Shown here: positions 1 through 9,703 of the stretch, one piece after another
Layout of the letters: the number at the start of each line of letters is the position of its first letter
Position numbering within the stretch: the first letter of the stretch is position 1
Assembly (NCBI GenBank): GCA_963755915.1
Contig: CAVWLP010000002.1
Coordinates: 3,584,001-3,648,000 of the forward strand
Direction of reading: 5' to 3'
Length of the DNA: 64,000 nucleotides
From: an uncultured Phycisphaerales bacterium
GTDB lineage: Bacteria > Planctomycetota > Phycisphaerae > Tepidisphaerales > Tepidisphaeraceae
The notes under the pieces: model-generated
What the model saw: only the letters and a program-made list of their open reading frames with translations
Database searches by the model: none
Told to the model about the DNA's origin: nothing
Translations under genes and position numbers: made by a program

Positions 1-87
1 TAATGTTTACCGGATTATGCCAAAAAAATTGCCAAAACCAGGAGTTCAGCATTGACGCTTATATTTCGGCCAGGGAGAATGAAATGC

Positions 88-497
88 AGCCGGGTTCACA
101 TATTTGTGCCGCCCGGCTGACCTCCGAATGACTAGGGCCCGGCCACAGGAGCCCGGGCTCGAATCCTGCTGATAGCGGCCTCGATTATTCCGCCAGCAGG
201 AAGCCATGCCGAGGTCACTCAGGAGCGCTGGCAACAATGCCAGTGATTAGGACATGAATGCCGGGACTAAATCCATCTCCAACAGGCCGAATTCCACGAA
301 CTTGACCTCTACGGAGAACGATTCAGATAACACCGCTGCTTACATGCACCTGATCCACACAGCCGATAGCAGATGCTGCATACCCAAATATACATGCATC
401 TTCGCTATCGCCTCGTGGCTCCGCCACGGGCTCCCGCGAACTTTCCCCTAACAAATGGGGAAAGCCCTGGGGATATCGGCGAGGCGATATCCCCAGG
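88..497 (-). ncRNA. Candidate structured RNA downstream of the RT
   Basis: Stem-loops at 88-119, 137-158, 165-200, 364-410, 412-430, 441-464 and 466-497 (perfect 13-bp stem). There is no convincing ORF here. Confidence 0.45.
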
Positions 498-550
498 AGA
501 ACGCTGGACGATAACCGATCTCTAACTCCCTCGTTTTGCGATTGAACGTT

Positions 551-1650
551 CTAAGCCTCTGCGATTGCCGAAGCCTCACAACCAGGGAACAGGATCCCGG
601 ATTGAATTCTGCTCCATTGAATGTGTGCCCTCCGCCATGCCGCATCGAATTCCTCGAATACCGGAAAACCAGCAACACCATTGGCTCTAGCTTGTCGGGC
701 CGCATACCAGTGAATCCGCTGGCGTGGGCTGTCCAAGTATGCGGGTCCCATTTGCGCCGTCCAGGCCACTACTCGCGCTGCTAGGGAGGTGTGAGGGTTG
801 ACGGTCCGCATCAAGGGATGTGTGATCCCGTAGTAAAGATTTTCCAGTGCGCAGCGTGCCCGGCAGCACAATCAATCCCTCGGAGGACCATCTGATGCGA
901 TATCCCAGCCACTCTGCTTCTTGCCGGTTAATATCAACGATATTCTTGTTGCCGGCCTTGGGTTCTTTGCAGCGCAAACCAGTGGGTGCTAAAAGCTTCA
1001 TCAGCGTAGCCTGCGCCTCTTCAGCTTCTTCACTGGATGTACAGGGAACGAGAATGTCGTCTGCAAAGCGCAACAGCGGAGCTGCACAATGCCGCCTCCA
1101 TGGGCGGTCCAGATGGTGATCGGCGTAAACATTCAGAAATAAACTTGATGTCGCGGCGCCCTGTCGGATGCCGATCCTTTTTGGCGTCTCGATCAATTTC
1201 CGTAGGAGCGAATGCAGATTCTCGTGGATTTTCTCGTTGTGCTGGCGGCGCTTAATCTCTTCGCTGGGTTTCACTGGAATATATTTTCGCAGAACTTGCA
1301 GTAATGGCGCTTGCGGCACATTCTCGAACGCATTTGCTAAATCCGCGCAAACCCAAATTTGTCTGCCCTCGATAACCAATTTTTCAGCGACGGCGAGAGC
1401 ATGGGAGCGACTACGATTGGGCCTGCCTCCGAACGAATGATCGCTGAATCCGACATCCAGCCACGGGCCTATCACCTGCATGACGCTACGATGGATTACC
1501 CGGTCCCACAGCGTTGGGATCTGTATGGGGCGCGTTCCAATCCCAGATGCTTTGGGGACAGCGATGAGCCGGACTGGCCCATGCTGGTACCCCCCCGAAT
1601 CGATCTCATCGCGGACTGCCCGGACAAATTCAAAGCGATCGGGGATATGC
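551..1650 (-). pseudogene. Group II intron-like reverse transcriptase, 5'-truncated, one frameshift near 860
   Basis: The frame of ORF 687..1481 stays open upstream, reading GGYQHGPVRLIAVPKASGIGTRPIQIPTLWDRVIHRSV (RT1-2). It continues SFGGRPNRS, ADLANAFENV, GIRQGAATSSLFLNVY, catalytic RFADD and WLGYRI. The C-terminus (VVAWTAQMGPAY, domain-X-like) is in ORF 551..871. No RT0 region or start is visible before the junction at ~1650. Confidence 0.85.
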
Positions 1651-1651
1651 G

Positions 1652-1828
1652 CCCGGAGCCATTGCCGTCGCGTGGACCTTGCGCCACGCCGCCGTCACCG
1701 GCGCGATCGTCGGTGCTCGCAAACCTGAACAGGTGGACGACGTCGTTGCTGCCGGGACGATTCATCTGACTCAGTCAGACCTCGCTGAAATCGAAATGAC
1801 GGGCGAACTCGCCGGGAGGGGCCAATGA
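1652..1828 (+). pseudogene. Aldo/keto reductase, C-terminal fragment only
   Basis: My translation reads PGAIAVAWTLRHAAVTGAIVGARKPEQVDDVVAAGTIHLTQSDLAEIE, a typical AKR C-terminus. Its TGA overlaps the ATG of the next gene (ATGA). It is not in the ORF track. Confidence 0.8.
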
Positions 1829-2762
1829 AAGTCGGATTTATAGCTTTGGGTACGATGGGCAGCCGCATGGCGGCGAACCTTCAAAAACACGGTTACTCAC
1901 TCGTCGTCTTCGATCGAACGCTCGCAACGGCGGAATCGTTATTGGCCGCAGGCGCGAAATGGGCCGACTCACCTGCCGCGTTGGCGCCGCAAGTAGACGT
2001 TCTCTTCACGATGCTTCCGAATCCCGACGCCGTTGAAGAAGCGGCTCTGGGCGAAGACGGGTTCCTTTCGCGACTCGAAAAGGGCCATATTTGGGTCGAT
2101 TGCAGCACCGTTAACCCGTCTTTCTCGAGAAAAATGGCAGGTGTCGCGCAGGCGCGTGGCATTCGATTTCTCGGCGCCCGGTGACTGGCTCCAAAGCGCC
2201 GGCCGCAGAGGCGAAACTTATTTTTTGGGTCGGCGGCGCCGCGGCCGATTTGGAAGCGTGCCGGCCACTATTGCAATGCATGGGCAACAGGATTGTTCAC
2301 TGCGGCGGTCCAGGCATGGGGACTTCCCTTAAAATGGTGATGAATCAACTGCTCGGAACTTTTATGGCGGCTTTTTCCGAAGGATTGATTCTCGGTGAGT
2401 CTCTGGGCATTTCCCGTGACGTTTTGTTTGAGGCATTGTTTAACGGGCCGGCCGCCGCTCCGTTCGTCGCGGTTAAACGTCCGCGAATCGAAACCGAAAA
2501 CTATGAGCAGGCGGATTTCGCATTGCGCTTGTTGCAAAAGGATTTGCATCTGGCCTCAGTGAGCGCTTACGAAACCGGCGCGGCCATGCCGTTGACAAAT
2601 GCGGCCAAGGAAATCTATCGCCTGGCAATTCGCGAAGGCCATGGCGATGAGGATATTTCGGCCATCTACGGTTACCTCGCGCAGAACCGCGATGCCGAGC
2701 CGATGGCCAGCCAGCCAATTGATCATCTGCTACCACGTACAGAATTTGCTAAGGCAATGTGA
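1825..2762 (+). CDS. NAD(P)-dependent oxidoreductase, 3-hydroxyisobutyrate/tartronate semialdehyde dehydrogenase family (frameshift near 2175)
   Basis: Rossmann start MKVGFIALGTMGSRMA, DCSTV and LKMVMN catalytic Lys region, KDLHLA. It is split over ORFs 1825..2184 and 2181..2762. Confidence 0.88.
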
Positions 2763-2787
2763 CGGCTAAACATCACGAGGTACGCCC

Positions 2788-3231
2788 ATGAGCACGCTTA
2801 ATCATATTGGATCAAGAACCACCATCAGCGTCATACATCCGCGCAAATTGAGTTCGGAAACCTCGCAGACTCCAGGATCTCTGCGGATGTCCGCCATTTC
2901 GGCCACGCAAGGGATCGCCTCGCCTATATGGGCCGGCACGTTCATCGTGGAGCCTTCGGCTCGGACCGACATCCACCATCACGGCAAACAGGACACAATT
3001 GTTTACGTACTTGAAGGTGAATCCTTCGTTCGCTGGGGGGATCATGGTGAGCACTCGGCGACAGCAAAGGCCGGCGATTTTCTGCACGTACCCGCCTGGC
3101 TGCCTCATCAGGAGATCAATCCCTCGTCAGAAAAGCCATTTCGCTGGGTAGTCGTTCGCAGTACCTCGGAGCCGATTGTTGTGAATCTTCCTGACGATTT
3201 CTGGGGACCGGTCGTGGGAATTCACCTGTAA
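2788..3231 (+). CDS. Cupin domain protein
   Basis: Cupin motifs IHHHGKQDTIVYVLEG and GDFLHVPAWLPHQEIN. Confidence 0.85.
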   Translation: MSTLNHIGSRTTISVIHPRKLSSETSQTPGSLRMSAISATQGIASPIWAGTFIVEPSARTDIHHHGKQDTIVYVLEGESFVRWGDHGEHSATAKAGDFLHVPAWLPHQEINPSSEKPFRWVVVRSTSEPIVVNLPDDFWGPVVGIHL

Positions 3232-3288
3232 CTCCTCATTTTCGAATAAGCGTTTTACCGATGCAGCGAAGCGATTTGGCCTTTTGGC

Positions 3289-3820
3289 CTAATCAAGTAG
3301 ATTATAATATGCTTCTTCTTCAACCGGGTCCCGCAACCAGTCTTTTTCGAGCAAATGCTTCTCAAAAAACAGCCGTATGCGATTCGCGACCTCTGGATCG
3401 CCGTATTTGCCGCGACCAACTCCATCGCCGGTTACAAAATGTGCTTCGACACCCGCATCCTTCAGCGCGTTGTACATCCGCTCCGACTGGATATATGGAA
3501 TCACGGGATCCGTGCTGCCATGAATTAGGAGAAACGGCGCGGCATTCCTCGACACATAGTTGATGGGTGAGGCCAGTATGGCCCTGTCGATCTGGGATTG
3601 GAGCGAGCCTCCAAGCAGGCGCCCGGCTGGAGACCTTTCGGAACTTTGATCAGCCTCTGAAGCGTCTGAGCGCATCGCAAGAAGATCGGTCGGTCCGAAT
3701 AGATTTACGACGCACTGAACCGCGCAGCTCATGTCCAGGTGGTGGCCGACTTTGCCATGCAGAGCCTTGATCCCACTGGTGACACCGAGCATCGCGGCCA
3801 CGTTCCTGCCGTCGGCGGAA
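3289..3820 (-). pseudogene. Alpha/beta hydrolase (esterase-like), degenerate C-terminal fragment
   Basis: AAMLGVT..VQCVVNLFGPTDL..ASPINYVS..PFLLIHGSTDPVIPYIQS. The nucleophile elbow is decayed (SADGR) and the catalytic His position reads GVGRG. The N-terminus is absent. Confidence 0.75.
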
Positions 3821-6069
3821 TTTGGGCGACGGGTGGCGCGACTGGGACGACCCCATACGAGATCGAGTTCAATACCAAACATTTGACGCTCGACGCGACA
3901 ACCATTAATGGAAATGCCACGAGTGGAATTGAGGTTGACAGCGGTAATACATTGGTGTTCGATGGGGGCGGTAACACCAGTAGTAATGAGTATCTTTCCC
4001 TCGGGGCTGTCCAGTCGTGGATAATCAATGGCACTCTGAACTTCCAGAATTTTGGTAGCGGTTCCAGTCTCGCAATGACTCTCTCCGACGGTCTTACCAT
4101 CGAAGGCAGCGGCACGACAAATATTCCTGATAAAATTAATGGTACAGGCGCGCTCACGATTGATGGCACCGGCGTGGTAAGCCTCGCGGGTTCGGGCACG
4201 ACCGACACCTACACCGGGCAGCTGTCGATCGAATCCGGCACGCTGCAGGTCAACGCGGCAAATAACCAAAGCGGAAATGGCGAGCTAGGGGCCAGCTCCA
4301 ACACAAATCCAATCATCATGGGCGGCAGCGGCACCACCGGCACCTTGGAATACACGGGAACCAGCAATGAAGGCTCAAACAGGTCGATCAACCTGGCTGC
4401 GAGCGGGATTGGCGCCGTTAAGGTGGATATCTCGGGCGTGACCCTCACACTGAACGGGGCGATCAGCGGAGGTGGCTCCCTCTCCATGAACGGCGGCGGA
4501 AACTTGCTTCTCAGCGGCGCGACATATACGTATACCGGCGGTACCACCGTTAACAGCGGAACGCTCATCATCGCCAACTCCAGCGGCTCCGCCACGGGAA
4601 CGGGCAACGTCACGATGAACGGTGGAGTCCTCGCAAGCTCCGGGACAACCGCGGCGATTTCCGGAAATGTCGTCGATGGCGGAACCTCTGCCTACACGAT
4701 CGCGCCCGGCGGTATCGGAACTGTGGGCACGCTTACGCTCGCCGGTTTGACGACGACTTTGCTTGGCACTCTGAACTTCGACCTCGGCACAGGCTCCGGC
4801 ACAATCACCAACGGCGATCTGCTCGTTTTGGGCTCGGGAACCGTAAGCATTGGATCAGGCACAGTCATGACTTTCGGCGGCACGCCCGTCGCAGGCGACG
4901 ATTATCAACTCATCGGCGATCAAAGCGACGGCTCGGTTGTCGGAGCGATCCCGCTGTCGAACTTCACGCTGCCGGCGGCCTCAGCGGGCTTAAGTTATAG
5001 CCTTGCCGACAATTCCGGCTACATCGATCTGGATGTCACCACCTCCGGCCCGCCCAATGTCACGTGGAACGATGCCTTTGCCAACAATCTTTGGGATACC
5101 ACCAGCTCAAACTGGACCAATGGCTCCAGCAACACAACCTACTCCGATGGCAGCAACGTCACTTTCAACGACAGCAATGGCGGAAATTACTCTGTCACGC
5201 TCACCACCACAGTCAGCCCCGCTTCCGTGACCGTCAGCAGTTCCGGAAATTATTCCATCACCGGCGGCGGCGCGATCGTCGCCACCGGCGGTTTCACCAA
5301 GACCGGCTCTAGCACGCTCACCCTTGGCGCCGGCCTCACCGCCTCCAGCATCGCGATCAACGAGGGAAGCGTTGTCATTGCCAGCAATACCTCGGCAGGC
5401 ACCTGGACCGTCGCTCAACCCAACAGCAACATCGAAATCTCGTCGCTGACGATCGCCGCCAACAGCACGCTGGATATCACCAACAATCATCTGATCATCG
5501 ACTACGGTGGCAGCGATCCGATGGCCACGATTTATGGCTATCTCAAGACCGGCTTCAACAACGGCACCTGGAACGGTACCACGGGAATTATTTCCAGCAC
5601 CGCGCAAACTCCGACCAACGGACTGCATTATGGAATTGGCTTTGCCGATGGAAATGACGGGACACATGCAGTCGCCGGCGTTACCAGCGGCGAAATCGAG
5701 CTGAAGTACACGCTGCTGGGCGACGCCAATCTTGACGGCACCGTCAACGGCTCCGACTTCTCAATCCTCGCCGCCAACTTCGGCCTCGGCGCGACCGACT
5801 GGGACCAGGGCAACTTCCTCTACGGCTCTTCGGTCAATGGCTCCGACTTCAGCGCCTTAGCCGCCAACTTCGGCCAGGGCGACAGCGGAGCGGCGGTGAG
5901 CGTTTCGCAGGCTGACATCATGGCGCTGGATGCGTTTGCCATCGCGAATGGACTGGCGCTGCCGACGAACGTGCCGGAGCCGGCTTCGCTGGGATTGCTG
6001 ACGCTTGGCGGGATGGGGGTGCTGCGGCGGCGTAGACGCCGAATAGAGACGGAAAGCGTAAAGGCTTAA
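3820..6069 (+). CDS. PEP-CTERM surface protein with autotransporter-associated beta-strand repeats and dockerin-like module, 5' end missing
   Basis: YTGGTTVNSGTL-type repeats, GDANLDGTVNGSDF duplicated motif, and VPEPASLGLL plus a basic tail. There is no signal peptide, and the ORF's nominal start (3739) lies inside the opposite-strand hydrolase fragment. Confidence 0.85.
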   Translation: MWATGGATGTTPYEIEFNTKHLTLDATTINGNATSGIEVDSGNTLVFDGGGNTSSNEYLSLGAVQSWIINGTLNFQNFGSGSSLAMTLSDGLTIEGSGTTNIPDKINGTGALTIDGTGVVSLAGSGTTDTYTGQLSIESGTLQVNAANNQSGNGELGASSNTNPIIMGGSGTTGTLEYTGTSNEGSNRSINLAASGIGAVKVDISGVTLTLNGAISGGGSLSMNGGGNLLLSGATYTYTGGTTVNSGTLIIANSSGSATGTGNVTMNGGVLASSGTTAAISGNVVDGGTSAYTIAPGGIGTVGTLTLAGLTTTLLGTLNFDLGTGSGTITNGDLLVLGSGTVSIGSGTVMTFGGTPVAGDDYQLIGDQSDGSVVGAIPLSNFTLPAASAGLSYSLADNSGYIDLDVTTSGPPNVTWNDAFANNLWDTTSSNWTNGSSNTTYSDGSNVTFNDSNGGNYSVTLTTTVSPASVTVSSSGNYSITGGGAIVATGGFTKTGSSTLTLGAGLTASSIAINEGSVVIASNTSAGTWTVAQPNSNIEISSLTIAANSTLDITNNHLIIDYGGSDPMATIYGYLKTGFNNGTWNGTTGIISSTAQTPTNGLHYGIGFADGNDGTHAVAGVTSGEIELKYTLLGDANLDGTVNGSDFSILAANFGLGATDWDQGNFLYGSSVNGSDFSALAANFGQGDSGAAVSVSQADIMALDAFAIANGLALPTNVPEPASLGLLTLGGMGVLRRRRRRIETESVKA

Positions 6070-6461
6070 TCAGGGTTGGTATGGGCGATGAACATCCACC
6101 CGGAGAATCGATACCCATGTTCCCTCCGCTGAACCCGTAGAGTCGGTCGTCTAGAGCGCGGGGCCCGAGGTATTGGATCATCGCGAATTTCGAGTTATCG
6201 CGGAATTAGAAGACTCAATTATGGCGCCAATCCGTTCAAAAGATACAGTTGCTTATTAGGGCTTCTGCTGTTTAGTGACCGCGGGTTATCAAAACCCAAA
6301 GCTGATTGCCAGGCCCTTCTGGGGTTGAATAAGATATTCCGCGACTAGGCGCCGAGGATTTCTGGTGCATTGGCCGTCCAAAGTCAATCAAACCCTCATA
6401 CATTTGCCAAAGGCGCAATGCCTTTGTTGAACCGCGAGGCTGGGTCAAGGCTTTCCAACAC

Positions 6462-8282
6462 ATGATCTCCCGATACGACTATGCCATCATCGGATTCTAT
6501 CTGCTGTTCATGCTCGGGCTGGGATTGTTCTTTCGACGCCGGAGTAAAAACACAAGCGATTACTTCCGCGCCGGGGGAGCGATGCCGTGGTGGATTACGG
6601 GTGTGTCGGCATGGATCGCAAGTTTCAGCGCGTGGACCTTCACAGGGGCGGCGGGGAAAATTTATACGTCGGGTTTACTGGTGTTGTGTCTTTACTGGTC
6701 GGTGATCATCCCCATCGTCATTGTACTGATTTACACGAGTTACCGGTTTCGCCGGATGCGAGTGGTCTCGTGGATGGAGGCAGTGCGACTTCGTTACGGG
6801 GAGGCGAGCGAACAGCTTTATACATGGATCAAACTGCCGCTAATTTTGATTCTGAGCGGGGTGGGGCTGAACGCGATCGGGGTGTTCATGTCGGTCATCT
6901 TCAGCGTGAATATGGCCCCGACGCTGCTGGTGCTGGGGGTGACGGTCACGGTGGTCGCGTTTGCCGGCGGGTCGTTTGCGGTACTGGCGAGCGATTTCGT
7001 GCAGATGTTGCTGGTGGTGACGATCACGCTGGTGGCGGCGTTCCTGGCGCTGCGTCAGCCGGAGGTAGGGGGCCTGCGCGGTCTGATCGCCAAGGCACCC
7101 CAATCGGATTTTCAGTTGACCGACCTAACGCAGGCGCCCATCCTTATCCTGTGGGCGCTCTCATTGTTCTGGCTCAAGGTGTTGGAGCAGAACAGCATGG
7201 AAAATTCCACCATGTATTTGATGGTCAAGAACGACCGAAACGCGCGGCGAATGGTTTTGATTCCGCTAGTGGGGACGATTATTGGACCCGTGATCTGGAT
7301 AATTCCACCGATGGCGGCCTCGATCACGCATCCGCATCTGGCGACGGAAGCGGCGTACCGCTCGATGACCGTGCCGTCCGAGGCAGCGTTTCTGGTGACA
7401 TGCCGGGATGTAATGCCGCGCGGATTTATCGGGTTGCTGATCTGTGCGATGTTCGGGGCAACTTTGACCAGCATGGACGCCGGATTGAATAAGCTGGTTG
7501 GGGTGTTTGTACGCAGCTTTTATCTGCCCATTGTCGAGCCCAAATGTCCGGAGAAAAAGCTGCTGAAGATCGGCAAAGCGTGCACTCTCGTTTTCGGTGC
7601 GATCATCATCTGTATGGCGCTGCTGGTGAACCGTTATCGGCATATTGGATTGTTCGATTTGACGAATTATCTCGGCGCGGCCTTGAGTATGCCTATGGCG
7701 ATTCCGCTGGTTTACGGACTATTCTACAGGCGAACGCCGGGGTGGTCGGCCTGGAGCACTGTCGGCATCGGACTTTTGTTATCGCTGGGGATGAAGTTCG
7801 TGTTCAGTGCCGAGGGGCTGGCACATTGGGCGGGGTGGCACATGCCGCTGTCAAAGGACGAAACCGCGTATACGGAACTGATCGCAACCGTCGTCGTCGA
7901 CACGGCGATCTGTTCGGCGTGGTATTTCATGACGACAATGTTCTATGAGGGTTCAGCGTCAGCGGAAAAGCGGTGAATTGAAGCGTTCTTTTCCAATCTA
8001 GACAAGCCGATCGATTCATCGAATCGCACTGCGACGGTTAATCAGGACTGCACGATGTACCATTTGCTGGGAATGCTGTGCCTTGTCTACGGCGCATTTG
8101 TGTTGTCGCTCTGCTTGATCCGCAATTCGCTGGAGGGTCGGCTGTGCTTTATCTTCTGCGGGGGAGTCATATTTGGCGTGGGAATGCTGCTATACGGGTT
8201 GTACGTGAAAAACTCCGGTCGTGTCGTTCGCACCGTTGCATCCGGCGAATTTTCGGCAAGCGATCAACTTCAGCCGCATTGA
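6462..8282 (+). CDS. Sodium:solute symporter family transporter with an in-frame TGA at 7974-7976
   Basis: DYFRAGGAMPWW, FSAWTFTGAAG, SDFVQ and many TM helices. The frame continues after the TGA (IEAFFSNLDKP...) into ORF 8055..8282, which has two more TM helices. Confidence 0.85.
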
Positions 8283-8380
8283 TCTGAAACCTGCCTCCCC
8301 GGCCCTGATGGCCATCGCGAGCCGTATGGTCTTGCCCAGGCGCCGAAACGCCCGCCGATGACCTTTTTCCTCGCCAATCC

Positions 8381-8585
8381 TGAGACCGGTGCATTATCTA
8401 AAAAAACGTTTTTTAGATAATGTTGACGCGATGCCGACCCACATGAGACGGTTCGCGAGCCAAGCGGACTTTATTGGGGCCGCCAGGGTCTCCAGAACGA
8501 TGCCAGAGCGGTTATGAAGTGGCAAACGCTGCGGGAGGGCGCTGGCGCTTCAGCGCCCGTCCGGCGGAAAAGCACGGGCGGTGCC
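8381..8585 (+). repeat. Copy 1 of a ~200 bp dispersed element with a long palindrome
   Basis: CATTATCTAAAAAA-acg-TTTTTTAGATAATG (8392-8422), then the blocks GAGACGG, GGGCCGYCAG, GCCAGAGYGGTTA and GGAAA(A)GCACGRGCGGTGCC, shared in the same order with 12901-13105. Confidence 0.75.
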
Positions 8586-8603
8586 CGTTAGCTACCTAAT
8601 AAT

Positions 8604-8696
8604 TCATGGCGCCAGCGGGAATTGAGAGTCAGCGTTCAGGGCAGTAATCGGCGAGATTTGCAGAAATCCCAATCCCGATGAGGTGATCACGTTCAT
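8604..8696 (-). CDS. 30-aa ORF (or truncated gene start) downstream of a fluoride riboswitch
   Basis: GGAGG ribosome-binding site before the ATG; translation MNVITSSGLGFLQISPITALNADSQFPLAP. Confidence 0.35.
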   Translation of the reverse strand: MNVITSSGLGFLQISPITALNADSQFPLAP

Positions 8697-8718
8697 AGCC
8701 GCCTCCGGCGACAACGCC

Positions 8719-8748
8719 AAAAGAAAAACCTCGCATCGTAGCGAGGCT
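8719..8748 (-). terminator. Intrinsic terminator, probable riboswitch expression platform
   Basis: Minus strand AGCCTCGC-tacgat-GCGAGGTT followed by TTTCTTTT, lying between the aptamer and the ATG at 8696. Confidence 0.6.
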
Positions 8749-8790
8749 CAGCGTTCAAACACCGACTCCCGCCGCGACACGTTCGTCTTG

Positions 8791-8838
8791 GCAGGAGTCA
8801 TCAGCCGGCAAGGCGGTTATCGGGGGACTCCATCCCCG
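8791..8838 (-). ncRNA. Fluoride (crcB) riboswitch aptamer
   Basis: Minus strand GGGGATGGAGTCCCCC-GATAACCGCC-TTGCC-GGCTGATGACTCCTGC matches the consensus, including the GGAGT/ACTCC pseudoknot. Confidence 0.9.
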
Positions 8839-8846
8839 TTCGTCCC

Positions 8847-8875
8847 ATTATAGGCATTAGAAGTCACGCAGCCAA
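8847..8875 (-). promoter_or_regulatory. Sigma70-type promoter for the riboswitch at 8791-8838
   Basis: TTGGCT-17 nt-TATAAT, ending 8 nt upstream of the aptamer. Confidence 0.6.
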
Positions 8876-8888
8876 CCGCCCGAAATTA

Positions 8889-9251
8889 TCAGGACGTCAG
8901 CAAATTCGCCTTCCTGCGGCGATTCTTAATCACTGCGCACTCTGTGATCCACCGTTTCAGGTTCAACGCACCCTTATGATCCGGCTTCTGCTGCAGCGCT
9001 TCATCCACCCATTTCGCCGCCTCTTCATATTGTTTTCGATGATAGAGGCACTCGGCAAGGTGGATCTTAAATTCCGGTTCGTAAGGATTGAGCCAAACTG
9101 CCCGCCGGAATTGCGCTTCGGCTAGCTGGTCGGCGCCGCGATCATTGAAATAAAGCCCCAGCTCGTCCCAGTTATACCCCAGATATCGACAGGGTCGGAG
9201 GGCATTCTCCCGCCGTTCTTCACGGTCTATCTTTCTTCGCTTCACTGGCAT
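8889..9251 (-). CDS. Small TPR-repeat protein
   Basis: LGLYFNDRG...AEAQFRRAVWLNP and LAECLYHRKQYEEAAKWVDEALQQKP TPR pattern; AGGAG RBS. Confidence 0.8.
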   Translation of the reverse strand: MPVKRRKIDREERRENALRPCRYLGYNWDELGLYFNDRGADQLAEAQFRRAVWLNPYEPEFKIHLAECLYHRKQYEEAAKWVDEALQQKPDHKGALNLKRWITECAVIKNRRRKANLLTS

Positions 9252-9351
9252 CTGCTAACTCCTGCCCAAAAGTGGGCCGTCCTTGAGCAGAGCCCGCAGT
9301 AGGAATTGGAGATCACGCGATCAACCGCTGAATTCCCGCGAGCTCTTGCCC

Positions 9352-9422
9352 GTAGGAGTCATCAGCACAGTCCGTGATCTGGCAGGATCGAAAGACCAGC
9401 AGTTATGGCGAACTCCATCGCC
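9352..9422 (-). ncRNA. Fluoride (crcB) riboswitch aptamer upstream of the TPR gene
   Basis: Minus strand GGCGATGGAGTTCGCC-ATAACTGC...GCTGATGACTCCTAC, canonical with an extended internal insert. TATAAT lies upstream at 9444-9449. Confidence 0.9.
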
Positions 9423-9703
9423 AACGTCAGCACAAGTCCAGCTATTATATCGGCAGTATTGAAAACATCGATCAGCGAACACCAACCGCAGGTATTTGGC
9501 GCGTTATACCTCTCAGGTTACAAGCCCGGATACCGGCGCCGTGCTAAGGCAACCAGAGATATAATTCGCCAACCGGCCAGAAAATAGATCGTGCAAAAGG
9601 GGAACTGCAGATCGCCAGGTCCAGGAAGTTTCGGTGAGCGTGCGGTTTGTATCGCTGATTCATCGATCCACACCTATGATCAGGTGCGACGTGTGAATCT
9701 GCC

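Noticed and set aside
551-1650. Retron
   Set aside because: No NAxxH or VTG retron motifs were seen, and the structured region is downstream rather than upstream.
1496-1765. ORF with GGVAQGPRDG as the missing RT0 domain
   Set aside because: This region is better explained by the clear aldo/keto reductase C-terminus on the plus strand.
551-6069. Diversity-generating retroelement using the repeated C-terminal modules as TR/VR
   Set aside because: The RT has QG.ATS and FADD, as in group II-like enzymes. The repeated modules all lie in coding genes and appear to differ mainly at synonymous positions, not specifically at adenines. No non-coding template was found.
7974-8030. Selenocysteine recoding of the symporter TGA
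   Set aside because: No SECIS-like hairpin at the expected short distance, and the position is a charged loop, not a Cys-type site.
8490-8590. SAM-I riboswitch in the repeated element (CCAGAG...GGTGCC)
   Set aside because: It lacks the AUC/GAU P1, the kink-turn P2 and the GCAACC core.
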